From Chiloscyllium plagiosum (lineage: Eukaryota): a stretch of DNA of 64,000 nucleotides. This document shows, piece after piece, positions 12,940 through 24,450 of this stretch. The stretch's first letter is position 1. Every line of letters starts with the position of its first letter. The notes beneath the pieces are model-generated. The model saw only the letters and a list, made by a program, of their open reading frames with translations, had not been told where the DNA came from and did not search any database. Made by a program: the position numbers and the translations under genes. The stretch is taken from NCBI RefSeq assembly GCF_004010195.1, contig NC_057723.1:66707055-66771054 (forward strand), written 5' to 3'.

Positions 12940-13700
12940 ATGCTGGGGATGTTTAGAGTTATGATGCTAGCCCTCTTAGTATCGGGATTTTGTCAAATAT
13001 CATTTTCGTACGTGTTATTAACGGTTCCTGAGTGTGATAATCCACAAGTAATAGACGTTGATGCATGCAGCTTAGTAAATTGTGGGGATGTAGATAATCA
13101 GAGACAGTGCCGCAGCTCAGAGATACATCTTAAGTCCTATGGGGATGGCCTTGGGGATGGTACTTGGTATAATGGTCTCGTCACAGTACACCGGGCACCC
13201 TTCCGACCAGCTCGCGATTGTCCCGATAAAAAGTGTAACCCAATATACTTAACGATAAAGAAAACCACATGGCATGAAGCAATTCTGGGGGGGAGGAGGG
13301 GGGTGCACCTCTGAGATACAATTAAATGAAACATTTGGGATAGAAATGAAAGCAAATGGGAAGGATTTCTCAGGTTGTTGTTTTCGAATTAGTGTAGGAC
13401 AGGGAAAACAGGCAGAACTACTGGATAATAAGGTACAATCTTTCACCCCTCCCGATGATCTTAAAGTAGTAAAAATTATAGAGGTAAAGAACTTGAAACA
13501 GACCATCGAAATAGAAATTGGGTACGGGGATGCAAATGCCTGGGTTAAATGGGTAACGTATACTGTAAAAAGTCTGAACAAGAGCAATTGCTATGCATGT
13601 GCCTCCGGTAGGCCAGTGGCCCAGGTGGTTCCCTTTCCGCGCGAGACAGGAAGGGCATGAAATGTATGATAGCCCTGTACCAGGATGAGGCTAAAAGAAA
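12940..13700 (+). pseudogene. ERV env remnant (signal peptide plus partial SU, frameshifted, TM deleted)
   Basis: Hydrophobic leader MLGMFRVMMLALLVSGFCQISFS; GYGDANAWVKWVTYTVKSLNKSNCYACASGRPVAQVVPFP with a CXXC motif typical of gamma-type Env. Confidence 0.78.
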
Positions 13701-13743
13701 AATGCAGAAGGTAACAAATGGTAGTTAAAGAAAAAGGGGAAAT

Positions 13744-14469
13744 TGTGGGATATAGGTAAAGTAGTGTTACTTCTGCAATTATAATTACTTATGCAAGGTA
13801 AATGAACTCACACCAGTGCGTAATTGTTTCAACTAAGAGCTGGGTCAATACGAATGCAAACTATGTGGAGGAAATAGTTTTTGTATTAGCTAAAATTGTA
13901 TGCAAGAATGAAACGTGACTGCAAAACAATGGTAGATGTTACAGACAAATAGATAAGGTGCAGTGAATATGTAGGTTAAGCCAGATATGCTTGCACAAAC
14001 AGTAGTTATAAGCATCTGTTTCCCACTTTTGCAGAAACACAGGAACAAACCCCAATTAAAAGGTCATAAGGATCAGTATGGTTGGGGAAAACACAGATGG
14101 AGGGAGTAGATAATGGTGAAGAAAGGATATACCAAACAATGCCCTCAGCGGGATGTGGTCAAACGGCCTTGTGAGGCCAGAAATAAGCCTTTTGTCACAG
14201 ACAAGGCCGGATAAGGCAAGAGATAAACAGGAGTAATGGGTGCCGGTCTTAGAGAAGTGGAAGATGTAAACAGAGGAGGAGCAATGGGAGGAAAGAATAG
14301 GAACCAAATTACATAAATATCGTGTACTAGTTGAATTCAGTGTGTGTGTGTCCCTGCCTTGTAGACAGTGGACATCACACCCTCTTGGAAGAGTAAAATA
14401 AATGACACTACTGATTCAGATCTTGTCTCGGACTGAAATGATTGAAGTGTGTGAGCTTTGTTTCTCACA
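13744..14469 (+). repeat. ERV 3' LTR (726 bp)
   Basis: Direct repeat of the 5' LTR, preceded by the PPT. Confidence 0.93.
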
Positions 14470-14719
14470 GGTAGATTTTTGTTGTGGTTAGCAATTGAGA
14501 AGGAATGGGGAAAGTTGTGAAATACATGAGAGAGTTGGAATAAGGACGCAATGGGGAAAGGTTTTTATGGGTTGGGAATAGGGAAGGGATGGGAAAAGAT
14601 TGTTAAGCGATTGGGCACTTGATTTATTATGGTCACATTTACCAAGATACAGTGAGAAGTATTGTTTTGGGTGCTATCCAAACAAATCATTATCTTACAT
14701 AAGTACATCAGAGTAATAA

Positions 14720-17065
14720 GAGCATAAGAACAAGGGGCAGGAGTAGGCCATCTGGCCCTTTCAGCCCGCTCCTCCATTCAATAAGATCATAGCTGATCTT
14801 TTCATGGCCTCAGCTCCATTTACACACTTTCTCACCAAAACCCCTAATTCATTTATTGTTCAAAAATAATCTATCTTAGCTGTAAAAACATTCACTTAAG
14901 TAGCATCAACCACTTCACTGGGCAGGGAATTCCATAGATTCACAGTCCTCGCTATGAATAAACTCCTTCTCAATTCAGTCATAAATCTGGTCCCCCTAAT
15001 ATCCCAGTTTCACCTGCCAGTGGAAACATCCTCTCTGCTTCTATCTTATCTATTTCCTTTATAATCTTATATGTTTCTATATGACCCCCCATCATTCTAC
15101 TAAATTCCAGTGAATATAATCCCAGTCTACTCAGTTTCTCCTCAACTCCAGAATTAACCTAATCCTCTGCACCCCCTCTACTGCCAATACATCCTTTCTC
15201 AAGTAAGGAGACTAAAATTGCACACAGTACGCCAGGTGTGGCCTCACCAGCACCCTAGACAGCTGCAAAAGAGCTTAATCCTTTTAGCACTGAAGGACAA
15301 AATTCCATATATCTTCCTAATTACCTTTTGTACCTGCAAACCAACCTTCTGTGATACAAGGACACCCAGGTCCCTCTGCATAGTTGCATGATGCAACTTT
15401 TTACCATTCAAGTAATAATCTTTTTTACTGTTATTCCTACCAAAATGGATGACTTCACATTTATTAACATTGTATTCCAGCTGCCAGAGCTTTGCCCACT
15501 CACTTAAAGTATCTACATTCCTCTGCAAAGTTTCATAGTCCTCTGCACACTTTGCTCTGCCACTTAGTGTCATCTGCTTGACACACTACACATGGTCCCC
15601 AACTCCAAATCATCAATGTAAATTGTGAAGAATCACAGTATCAACATTGATTTCTGAGGCACACCACTAGCTACTGATTGCCAACCAGAATAACACTCAT
15701 CTATCCACAATCTTTGCTTCCTGTTAGTCAACCAATCCTCTATCCATGCTAATACTTTACCCATAACGCCATGCATTTTTATCTTATTCAGCAGCCTCTT
15801 GTGCGGCACCGTGTCAAAGGCCTTTTAGAAATCTACGTACATCACATCCACTGGGTCCCCATTGTCCACCTTCCTCATAATGTCTTCATAGAATTCCAAA
15901 AGATTAGTTAAGCATGACCTGCCCTTAATGAACCTGTACTGCATCTGCCCAACTAGCCAATTTCTATCCAGATCCCTTGCTATTTATAGAGTCATAGTGA
16001 TGTACAGCATGCAAACAGACCCTTCGGTCCAACCCTTCCATGCCGACCAGATATCCCAACCCAATCTAGTCCCACCTGCCAGCACCCAACCCATATCCCT
16101 CCAAACCCTTCCTATTCATATACCCAACCAAATGCCTCTTAAATGTTGCAACTGTACCAGCCTCCACCACTTCCTCTGGCAGCTCATTCCATACACGTAC
16201 CACCCTCTGCTTGAAAATGTTGCCCCTTAGGTCTCTTTTATATTTTTCCCCTCTCACCCTAAACCTATGCCCTCTAGTTCTGGACTCCCTGACCCCAGGG
16301 AAAGGACTTTGCCTATTTATTCTATCCATGCCCCTCATAATTTTGTAAACCGCTATAAGGTCATCTCTTAGCCTCCGACGCTCCAGGGAAAACAGCCCCA
16401 GCCTGTTCAGCCTCTCCCTGTAGCTCAGATCCTCCAACCCTGGCAACATCCTTGTAAATCTTTTCTGAACCCTTTCAAGTTTCACAACATCTTTCCGATA
16501 AGAAGGAGACCAGAATTGCACGCAATATTCCAACAGTGGCCTAACCAACGTCCTGTACAGCTGTAACATGACCTCCCAACTCCTGTATTTCTTCCTTGAA
16601 AATAGGCTTATGCATCTTCCCTACTGCAGAAGTTATGGTAACCAGTCTATAATTCCCCATCTTTTTTCTATTGATCATTTTAAACAGTGATGTCACATCT
16701 GCTGTTTTCCAATCTGCTGGAACTACCCCAGAGTCCAGCAAGTTTTGGAAAGTTACCAAAATGCACTTGCTATTTCTCCCCTGCCATTTCTTTTAGTACC
16801 CTGGGATGCATTCCATCAGGGCCAGGAGACTTGTCTACCTTTAGCCCCATTAGCTTGCCCAAACTTCCCTCTTCCATGATAATGATTGTGTCCAGGTCCT
16901 CACCTACCTTTGTCTCTTTGTCAATTACTAGCATGTTATTTGTGTCCTCCACTGTGAAGACTGACACAAAATACCTATTCAATGCCTCGGTAATTTCATC
17001 ATATCTCATGACTAAGCGCCCTTTCTCATCTTCTGAAGGACCAGTGTTTACTTTAGCCACTCTTT
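14720..17065 (-). mobile_element. CR1-type LINE ORF2 fragment with a younger CR1/HER1 3' end nested at about 15985-16585
   Basis: KSPGPDGMHPRVLKE, VVPADWKTADVT, WAKLWQLEYNVNKCEVIHFG. The nested copy reads LYRTLVRPLLEYCVQFWSP...FKRHL. Confidence 0.85.
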
Positions 17066-17069
17066 TTCA

Positions 17070-17505
17070 TCAGAACAGAATGCAGAATATAGTATTACAG
17101 ATACAGAGAAGGTGCAGGCAAAGATAAACTAATATATGAGAGGTCCATTAATAAGTCTGAAAACATTGGGGAAGAAACTGTTCTTGAATTTATTGGTCTG
17201 TGTTTTCAAATTTTTGTATCTTCTGCCCAATGGAAGAGGGTATTACCAGGGTGGGAGGGATCTTTGATTAGGTTAGCTGCTTTCCGGTGGTGCCAGGAAG
17301 TGCAGACAGGGTCAATGGAAGGAAGGCTGGTTTTCGTGGTGAACTTGGTTGCATTCACAACTCTATGCAATTTCTTCTGCTCTTGCTCAAAGCAGCTGTA
17401 ATTCATCTGGGTAGGATGCTTTCTGTGGTGCATCTTTAAAAGTTGGTAACATTCTGGAGATGACAAATTTCTTTAGCCTCCTGAGGAAGTAGAGGCATTT
17501 CTTGA
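17070..17505 (-). mobile_element. Rex1/Babar-like LINE 3' fragment
   Basis: KKLHRVVNAT...SLPSI...RKAANLIKDPSHPGNTLF; a probable continuation lies at 14615-14715. Confidence 0.55.
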
Positions 17506-19135
17506 CGAACAATGTGGAAAAGATGGGAGAGTTGGTGAAAAGATTGGAAATGGGGAAGGAATAGAAACAGATTGGTGAAAGTTGGGAATGGGAAAGGGAT
17601 AAGGAATGGTTGGAAATGGCGATGGGTTGGAGAGAGGTTATTGAGGGGATAGAAATCAGGAGGGAATGGGGAGAGATTTGTGAGGGCTTGGGAATAGGGA
17701 TGGAAGAGGGAGAGGATGAGAATGGGATGGGGTGACTTTGAGGAAGGGTACTGCTAGGGGGAGTGATAGGGAGGAGTTGGTAAGGGCTTGGAAATGGGGA
17801 AGTGATATGGAGGGGTTGATGGGTTGGAAATGTAGGAAGGTTAGGCAGNNNNNNNNNNNNNNNNNNNNNNNNNNNNNNNNNNNNNNNNNNNNNNNNNNNN
17901 NNNNNNNNNNNNNNNNNNNNNNNNNNNNNNNNNNNNNNNNNNNNNNNNNNNNNNNNNNNNNNNNNNNNNNNNNNNNNNNNNNNNNNNNNNNNNNNNNNNN
18001 NNNNNNNNNNNNNNNNNNNNNNNNNNNNNNNNNNNNNNNNNNNNNNNNNNNNNNNNNNNNNNNNNNNNNNNNNNNNNNNNNNNNNNNNNNNNNNNNNNNN
18101 NNNNNNNNNNNNNNNNNNNNNNNNNNNNNNNNNNNNNNNNNNNNNNNNNNNNNNNNNNNNNNNNNNNNNNNNNNNNNNNNNNNNNNNNNNNNNNNNNNNN
18201 NNNNNNNNNNNNNNNNNNNNNNNNNNNNNNNNNNNNNNNNNNNNNNNNNNNNNNNNNNNNNNNNNNNNNNNNNNNNNNNNNNNNNNNNNNNNNNNNNNNN
18301 NNNNNNNNNNNNNNNNNNNNNNNNNNNNNNNNNNNNNNNNNNNNNNNNNNNNNNNNNNNNNNNNNNNNNNNNNNNNNNNNNNNNNNNNNNNNNNNNNNNN
18401 NNNNNNNNNNNNNNNNNNNNNNNNNNNNNNNNNNNNNNNNNNNNNNNNNNNNNNNNNNNNNNNNNTGGGGTGAGGCTGCAGAGAGAAGGGTAAGTGAGGA
18501 GAGATGGGTCAGTGCTTGGGGGTGGGGAAGGAATGCTGAGAGGTTGGGAATGTGAAAGGGATTGGCAGTGTTTGGGGATGTGTTCATGAGGATTTGGGAA
18601 TGGGATTAGGGCAGGTTGGAGAGAGTTTACTAAGAGGTTGCAAATGGGAACAGGCTGGGAAAGGTTGGTGGAGGGTTGGATGAAGGAGACACTGGGAATC
18701 GGATATGGTTTTGCAAAGGTTGCTGAGGGGGTGATGGGGAGAGTGTGGTGAGACCTTAAAAATGGGCAAGGAATTAGGAGGATTGGTGAGGTCCTGGTCA
18801 TGAGGTCGTGATGGGAAGAGGTTGAAGAGGAGTTGCTATGGGTTTTGAAATGAGGAGAGGTTGGTGTGAGGGTGGAAATGTGACAGAGATGAGGGGAGGT
18901 TGGTGTGGGATTGGGAATGTGGAAGGGATGCAGGGGAGGTCGGTGTGTGCCTGGGAATGGTGAGACTTTGGTGAGGGGTTTGAAATGGGGAAGGGAGAGT
19001 TTAAAGTGAGATTATTCCCTGGTTGAGAATGTGGCAGGCAAGAGGAGAGCATGGGGAGGGGCTGGGAGTGAAGATGAGATGGGGAAAGGTTTGAATGGAT
19101 TGGGAATTGGGGATGGAGCGAGGTTAGGGATAGGT
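17505..19135 (+). repeat. G/purine-rich low-complexity tract (GGGAATGGG-like)
   Basis: Strong G skew; similar sequence at 8985-9149 and 14474-14610; includes a gap. Confidence 0.75.
17849..18465. other. Assembly gap
   Basis: Run of N. Confidence 0.99.
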
Positions 19136-19545
19136 TGCTGTTGAATCCTAGAGGCTGCAGCATCCCCAAGTGGAAAACAGGATGTTATTCTTCGAGCTTG
19201 TGCTAAGGCTTGTTGGAGCACTGTGGCAGGCCCAAAACAGAAATGTTGCTGTGGGAACATGGTGGCGCGTTGAAGCGGCAGTTAACAGGAAGCTCAGTCA
19301 CTTTTGCAGACCAGTTGTAGGCGTTCTGCAAAGTGGCCACCCAGTTTAGACGAGAGACTACAGAGTAGAATTGATTGAATAAAATGCAGATATATCGCTG
19401 CTTCACCTGGAAGTTATGTCAGGGACCTTGGAGAGGGAGGAAATAGGAGGTAAATGAGTTGGCGTGGCACCTTTTGCAATTGCGAGGAAGGATGTGGGAA
19501 GATGTTGGGACTGGAGGAGGAGTGGATCAGAGTGTCCCAGAGGGA
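19130..19545 (-). mobile_element. Penelope-like GIY-YIG fragment
   Basis: LPVNCRFNAPPCSHSNISVLGL...KLEE..VFHLGMLQPLGFN. Confidence 0.6.
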
Positions 19546-19559
19546 AATATAATACTTAC

Positions 19560-20420
19560 AAATCTGTGGATGATATGAAGCTAAAAGGGCCCGTGTGTCG
19601 TGAGAAAGATGTAAAATGATTTTAGGAGGATTTGCACAGACTTGTGAAGGGGCAAAAATTAGGCAGATGGAATATAATGTTTAAAAAAAAGTAAGGTTAT
19701 CCACAATGGTAAGAGAAACAATTGTACAGAGTATTTTTTAAATGGTTGGAAATTGTAGCTGTACAAAGGTCCCTAGGATCTTATCAATAAGTCACTTAAG
19801 ATTAAAATGCAGATGCAGCAAGCTGTCAGGAAGGCTAATGGAATGTTAGCCTTTAACGCAAAAGGTTTTGAGTGCTGGAGAAGTAAAATCTTGCTTCAAT
19901 TGTATGAAAGTTTGGTTAGACCACACCTGGAGTACAGTGTGTAGTTTTGGTCTCCTTAGTTCAGGAAAGATATTATTGCCACAGAGGCAGTGCAACATCT
20001 GTTCATCAGACTCGTTCCCGGGATGGTAGGACTCTCCAAAGAAGGGAGATTGGGTAAAATGGGCCTGTATTCTGTCAAGTTTCGAAGAATGAGAGGTGAT
20101 TTCATTGAAACTTACAAAATACTTAAATGGATAGGTAAATGTTCCTCTAATGGTGGAATCTAAAAGCAGGCAGCACTATTTAAAAACAAAGGGGATGTCA
20201 TGTAGGTCCAGGATGAGGAGAGATTTATTTTTACTTAAAGTGTAATAAACCTTTGGAATTCTGTAACACAGGCTGTGGAGGCTTAATCTTTGAGTCTGTT
20301 TAACATTAGATTGATAGATTTCCGATTACCAGCAGTCTATAGGGTTATGGGGATGGATGGGTTAAAGGCATTGAAGTGTTCATTCAGGTATGACCTTATT
20401 GAATTCTACAGCAGGCTTCA
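19560..20420 (+). mobile_element. Decayed CR1 LINE 3' part
   Basis: LVRPHLEYSV.FWSP..RKDI motif with stop codons. Confidence 0.75.
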
Positions 20421-20429
20421 TGGAACTAT

Positions 20430-23400
20430 AGAAATTATAATGGTCGAAGGTGGCTATTCAGCCCATTTTGTCCATAGCAACTCAAAGACACCCAGATGCC
20501 ATTTCTAATCTGATCTTCCTGAATACAGTCCATAGCTCTGCAGTGTACAGCATTTAAGGTGCAGATCCAAGTACTTTTTTTAAAGAGTTTAGGGTCTCTG
20601 CCTCTACCATCAACTTAGGCAGCAAATTCCAATCATCACAATCCTCTGGTTAAAAAATGTTTTCCTTCACATCCCTCCTAATCTTTCTGCCATTTAGCTT
20701 GAACCTTTAACCCTGGTTTTTGAACAGTCCACCAAGGTAGTTTGTCTCCTCTCTCAGTTTTGTATACCTCAATCAAATTTCACTCCTTCGCTTTTTTCAT
20801 CCCAGGAAAACAATCCCAAACTCTCCAATCTCACCTTGTAGTGACAATTCACCAGCTCTGGTAGCATTCTAATAAATTTTCTCTACAGCAGTTATGTCCT
20901 TCTTGTGATGTAGTGACCAGAACTGCACACAGTTGTGGACTCACCAGCGTTTTATAGTTTCATTATAATAATCCCTACTTTTGTGCTCTATAGCTTTGTC
21001 AGTGAATAAGAGTATTCTATATGCCTTCTTTACAACCTAATTTATCTTTACTAATACCTCTAGAGACCACTTGCACACCAAGATCTCTCACTTCATCTAC
21101 CACTCTCAGTATATTCCTGTTTACTGTATATTCCCTGTTATTGTTAAGTGCATTATCTCTCACTTATCAGAGTTGAACTCCATCTACTTTCCTGCCTACT
21201 CCACCAACCAATTATATCATTTTGGAGCTTACAGCTATTCTCTACACTAACCACTACACAGCCAATTGTGCCATCTGCAAATTTTCTAATTGTGCTCCCC
21301 ATGTTCAAGTCCAAATTGTTAATGCATAAAACAATCAGCAAGCGTCCAAAAACTGAACCCTGTTGAATATTACTTGTAACAACTTTTTATTCACAAGGGC
21401 AGCTATGGATCATTATCCTTTAGTTATTAAGCCAACTTTGGAACTACTTTGACACATTACCCTATATGCTTTGGGCTTTTATTCTTTTGACCTGTGTGCC
21501 ATGTGGAATCTCGTCAAATGTCTTACTAAAATCCATGTAGACAACATCCACTGTACTAGCCTCATCAATTTCACTCGTCATTTCCTCAAAGAATTCAACC
21601 AGTTTTGGAAGGCATGACCTTCCCCTAACAAAGCTATGGTGATTATGCCTTGCTATGTGACAGTTCATCCAATCCTTCAGGATTGATTCTAACAATTTGC
21701 CCAGTACCGAAATAAGACTAACTGACCTATAATCATTCACAGTTCCTTCGTACCTTTCTAAACAATGGAAATACCTTTGCATTCATCCGGTTCTCCTGCA
21801 CCTCATCTATGTCTAGTGAAGATTGGAAATAATCCTCAGAGCATGTATTTCCACCTGGACCTCTTTCAACATCCAATGCAACAATCCATCTGGTCCTGGT
21901 AACTTATAGACTTAAGGTTTCAAACTCCTCTAACATTTCCTCTCTCATTATGACTATTTTATTCAATATTTCACAGTGCCCTCTTGGATTACTATATCCA
22001 CATCATCCCCGTTCTTCTTGAATATGGAGACAGAAAAATCATTTAAAGTTCTTCCCATGTTCTCCGCATCTTCACACACAAGTTCCTTTCTTCATCGGTG
22101 ACAGGTCCACGTTTCCCTTAACTATCCGTTTGTTCTTTTTATACTAGTAAAACATTTTTGGGTTTATCTTATCTCAGTTGCTTTTTTTTTAAACTGCCCT
22201 CTCTTTGATTTCCTTTTTTCTTTTTAAAACTTGCACTTTCCATACTCAGAGGGTATCCAGAGTGTGGATTTTTTGTGACTATCATAAACTTTCTTTTCCT
22301 GTTTAATCTTACCCTATGTTTTTGTAGAAGCCATGGGTGCCTAGATTTAGCAATACCATTCTTACTTTCAGAGGGGTCATTGCTTTGTGCCCTAAAGACC
22401 TTATGTTGTAGTGCCTCTCACTGGTTTACCACAAATTGAACAGCAGTCCTGTTCAATTCACCTTAGCCAAATCACTTCTCAGTTTTATAAAATTTGCCTT
22501 TACCCAGTTCAAGACTTTTAGTTCTGATTTATCTGTATTGCCTTTACCCAGTTCAAGACTTTGAGTCCTGATTTATCTATATTTTTCTCCTTACTAGTAC
22601 TAAATGTATCCAAATAGTGGTCATTATCCCCAAAATATTCAACCCTGTCACACTTGCCCACTGTCATTCCCCAAAGCTAAATTCAGAATTGTATCTCCTT
22701 AATGGACTGGTCACATATTGTTTAAAGAAAACTCCTGGTCACAGTACATGGAATTTACATTCCCAATGCCCGTATTTTGTTTGAAATCCAGTCGATATTG
22801 TGATAGTTAAGTCTCATATTATAAATGCCCTCCAACAGGCAGAAATTTGTCTACACTTTCTGTTCCCTTGATTATTTTGGGGTGTGTAGAAGAGCTCCGG
22901 CTAGAAACGTCGATTCTCCTGCTCCTCGGATGTTGCCCGACCTGCTGTGCTTTTCCAGCAACACACTCTCAACTCTGATCTCCAGCATCTGCAGACCTCA
23001 CTGTCTCCCGGTCTGTAGTATAGTCCTAGTTGTGTGATTGAGCTCAAAAGAGGGAACCCTTCTCACAACTGTGATTAATTCCTCAATACTGATACCCTCA
23101 TCCCAGAAAACTGTACATCAATGGATATTTAGCTGCCAGTTTTGCCCCTTTAGTCAGGTTTCTGATATAGCAACAGCATGCTGCCATACTGCACTTAGTC
23201 CATCTGCCTTGTTTATAATAGTCCTTGCATTGAAGTATAAACAGTTCAACCCTGTCAATTTCATTTGCTGAATGCATTTTATTTGTCTCTTTTGTCTTTT
23301 TGTCACTGGCTACATCACCAATGTTCTACCTCCTGTTTCTTGATTTGAATCTGACCCATCTAAGCTTACACGTTGGTTCTCATCCCCCTGCCATACTAGT

Positions 23401-24450
23401 TTAGAACCTCAGCAATAGGACTAGTAAAAGCCTCCGTGAGGATATTTGTCCCAGCTCTGCTCAGGTGCAACCTGTCAGGCTTGTAGAGGTCCCACCTTCC
23501 CTAGAAACAGTCCCAATGCCTCAAGAATCTAAACCTTTCCCCAGCTCCAACATTTCTCCAGCCTCGGAATTCATCTGATCGTATTCCTGCTTACACTGGG
23601 AGCAATCCAGAGATTATTTGTGACATTTTGTATTTTAATTTATCTCCTAACTTCCTATAATTAGCTGTCAGATCTTCATCCCTTAGGCACCAACATAGGT
23701 TAACAATGTGTAACATGACCACTAGCTGTTCTCCCTCCCACTTTAATATCCTGCAGCTGCTCTGTCACACCTCTAACCATTGCATCAGATATGGAGCATA
23801 CCACTCCTTGGATTCACAACTGCAGTCACTGAAGTACCTGTCTGTACCCTTTGGTATTGAGTCCCCTGCCACTCATTTTCCTCCCCTTCTGTACAGCAGA
23901 GCTACCAGTGTTGCCATGAACTTGGTTGATCCTGCTTTCCCAGGTGTCTCCTACACTTCCTTCCTGAGACTTTTACTTTGTCTTTAGGTCATCCATTCCC
24001 TTTCTGCCTGGGCAATCCTCATCTGGGTGTGGCCACCTCATTATACATGCTATCTACAACATTCTCAGCATCACATATGCTTCACAGTGAGTCTACCCAC
24101 AGCTCCAGCTCCAAAGATTGGTGAGCCAGTAGCTGCAGATGGACACGTCTTGCACACGCAGTCGACGAGGGCCCTAACAGCATCACTTATTTACCACACT
24201 GCACAAGAGGAACACACCATGGGCTTGAGGTCTCCTGTCATGACAGGAAAACTGTAATACTCTGCTTCACTTACCAACTGGCTGTTTCCATTGATCATTT
24301 TATGAACTGCCCTGACTGAGACTGACTACCAGTCTTTCAGCTCCACACACTCATCTCGACCAACTCCTGGTTTTCACCAAACTTGAAAGCACTCTCATTT
24401 AGTCATGCAGCACTCAGTAAGTAGCACTGGGTTGACCTCCTTTGCATTGG
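20430..24450 (-). mobile_element. Long decayed CR1 LINE including ORF1 (zinc finger/esterase) and ORF2
   Basis: YRSVSLISVLGKLLE, VDVVYMDFSKTFD, KFADGT; ORF1-like HWDCF.GRWDLYKPDRLHL at about 23450-23520 and Cys-rich MVCSSC at about 24130-24240. Confidence 0.7.

Larger units (their letters stand above)
9150..14469 (+). mobile_element. Defective class I (gamma/epsilon-like) endogenous retrovirus provirus
   Basis: Two TG...CA LTRs, GGTA TSD (9146-9149 and 14470-14473), degenerate PBS after 9870, polypurine tract AAAGAAAAAGGGGAA at about 13727-13742, and gag/pro/pol/env remnants in order. Confidence 0.93.

Noticed and set aside
12898-13660. Domesticated syncytin-like env gene
   Set aside because: Frameshifted, lacks the TM subunit, and is still inside a decayed provirus.
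22494-22580. ~44-bp tandem duplication, and a ~33-bp direct repeat at about 24386 and 24758
   Set aside because: Lies within or next to a decayed CR1; ordinary slippage or LINE 5' UTR repeats.
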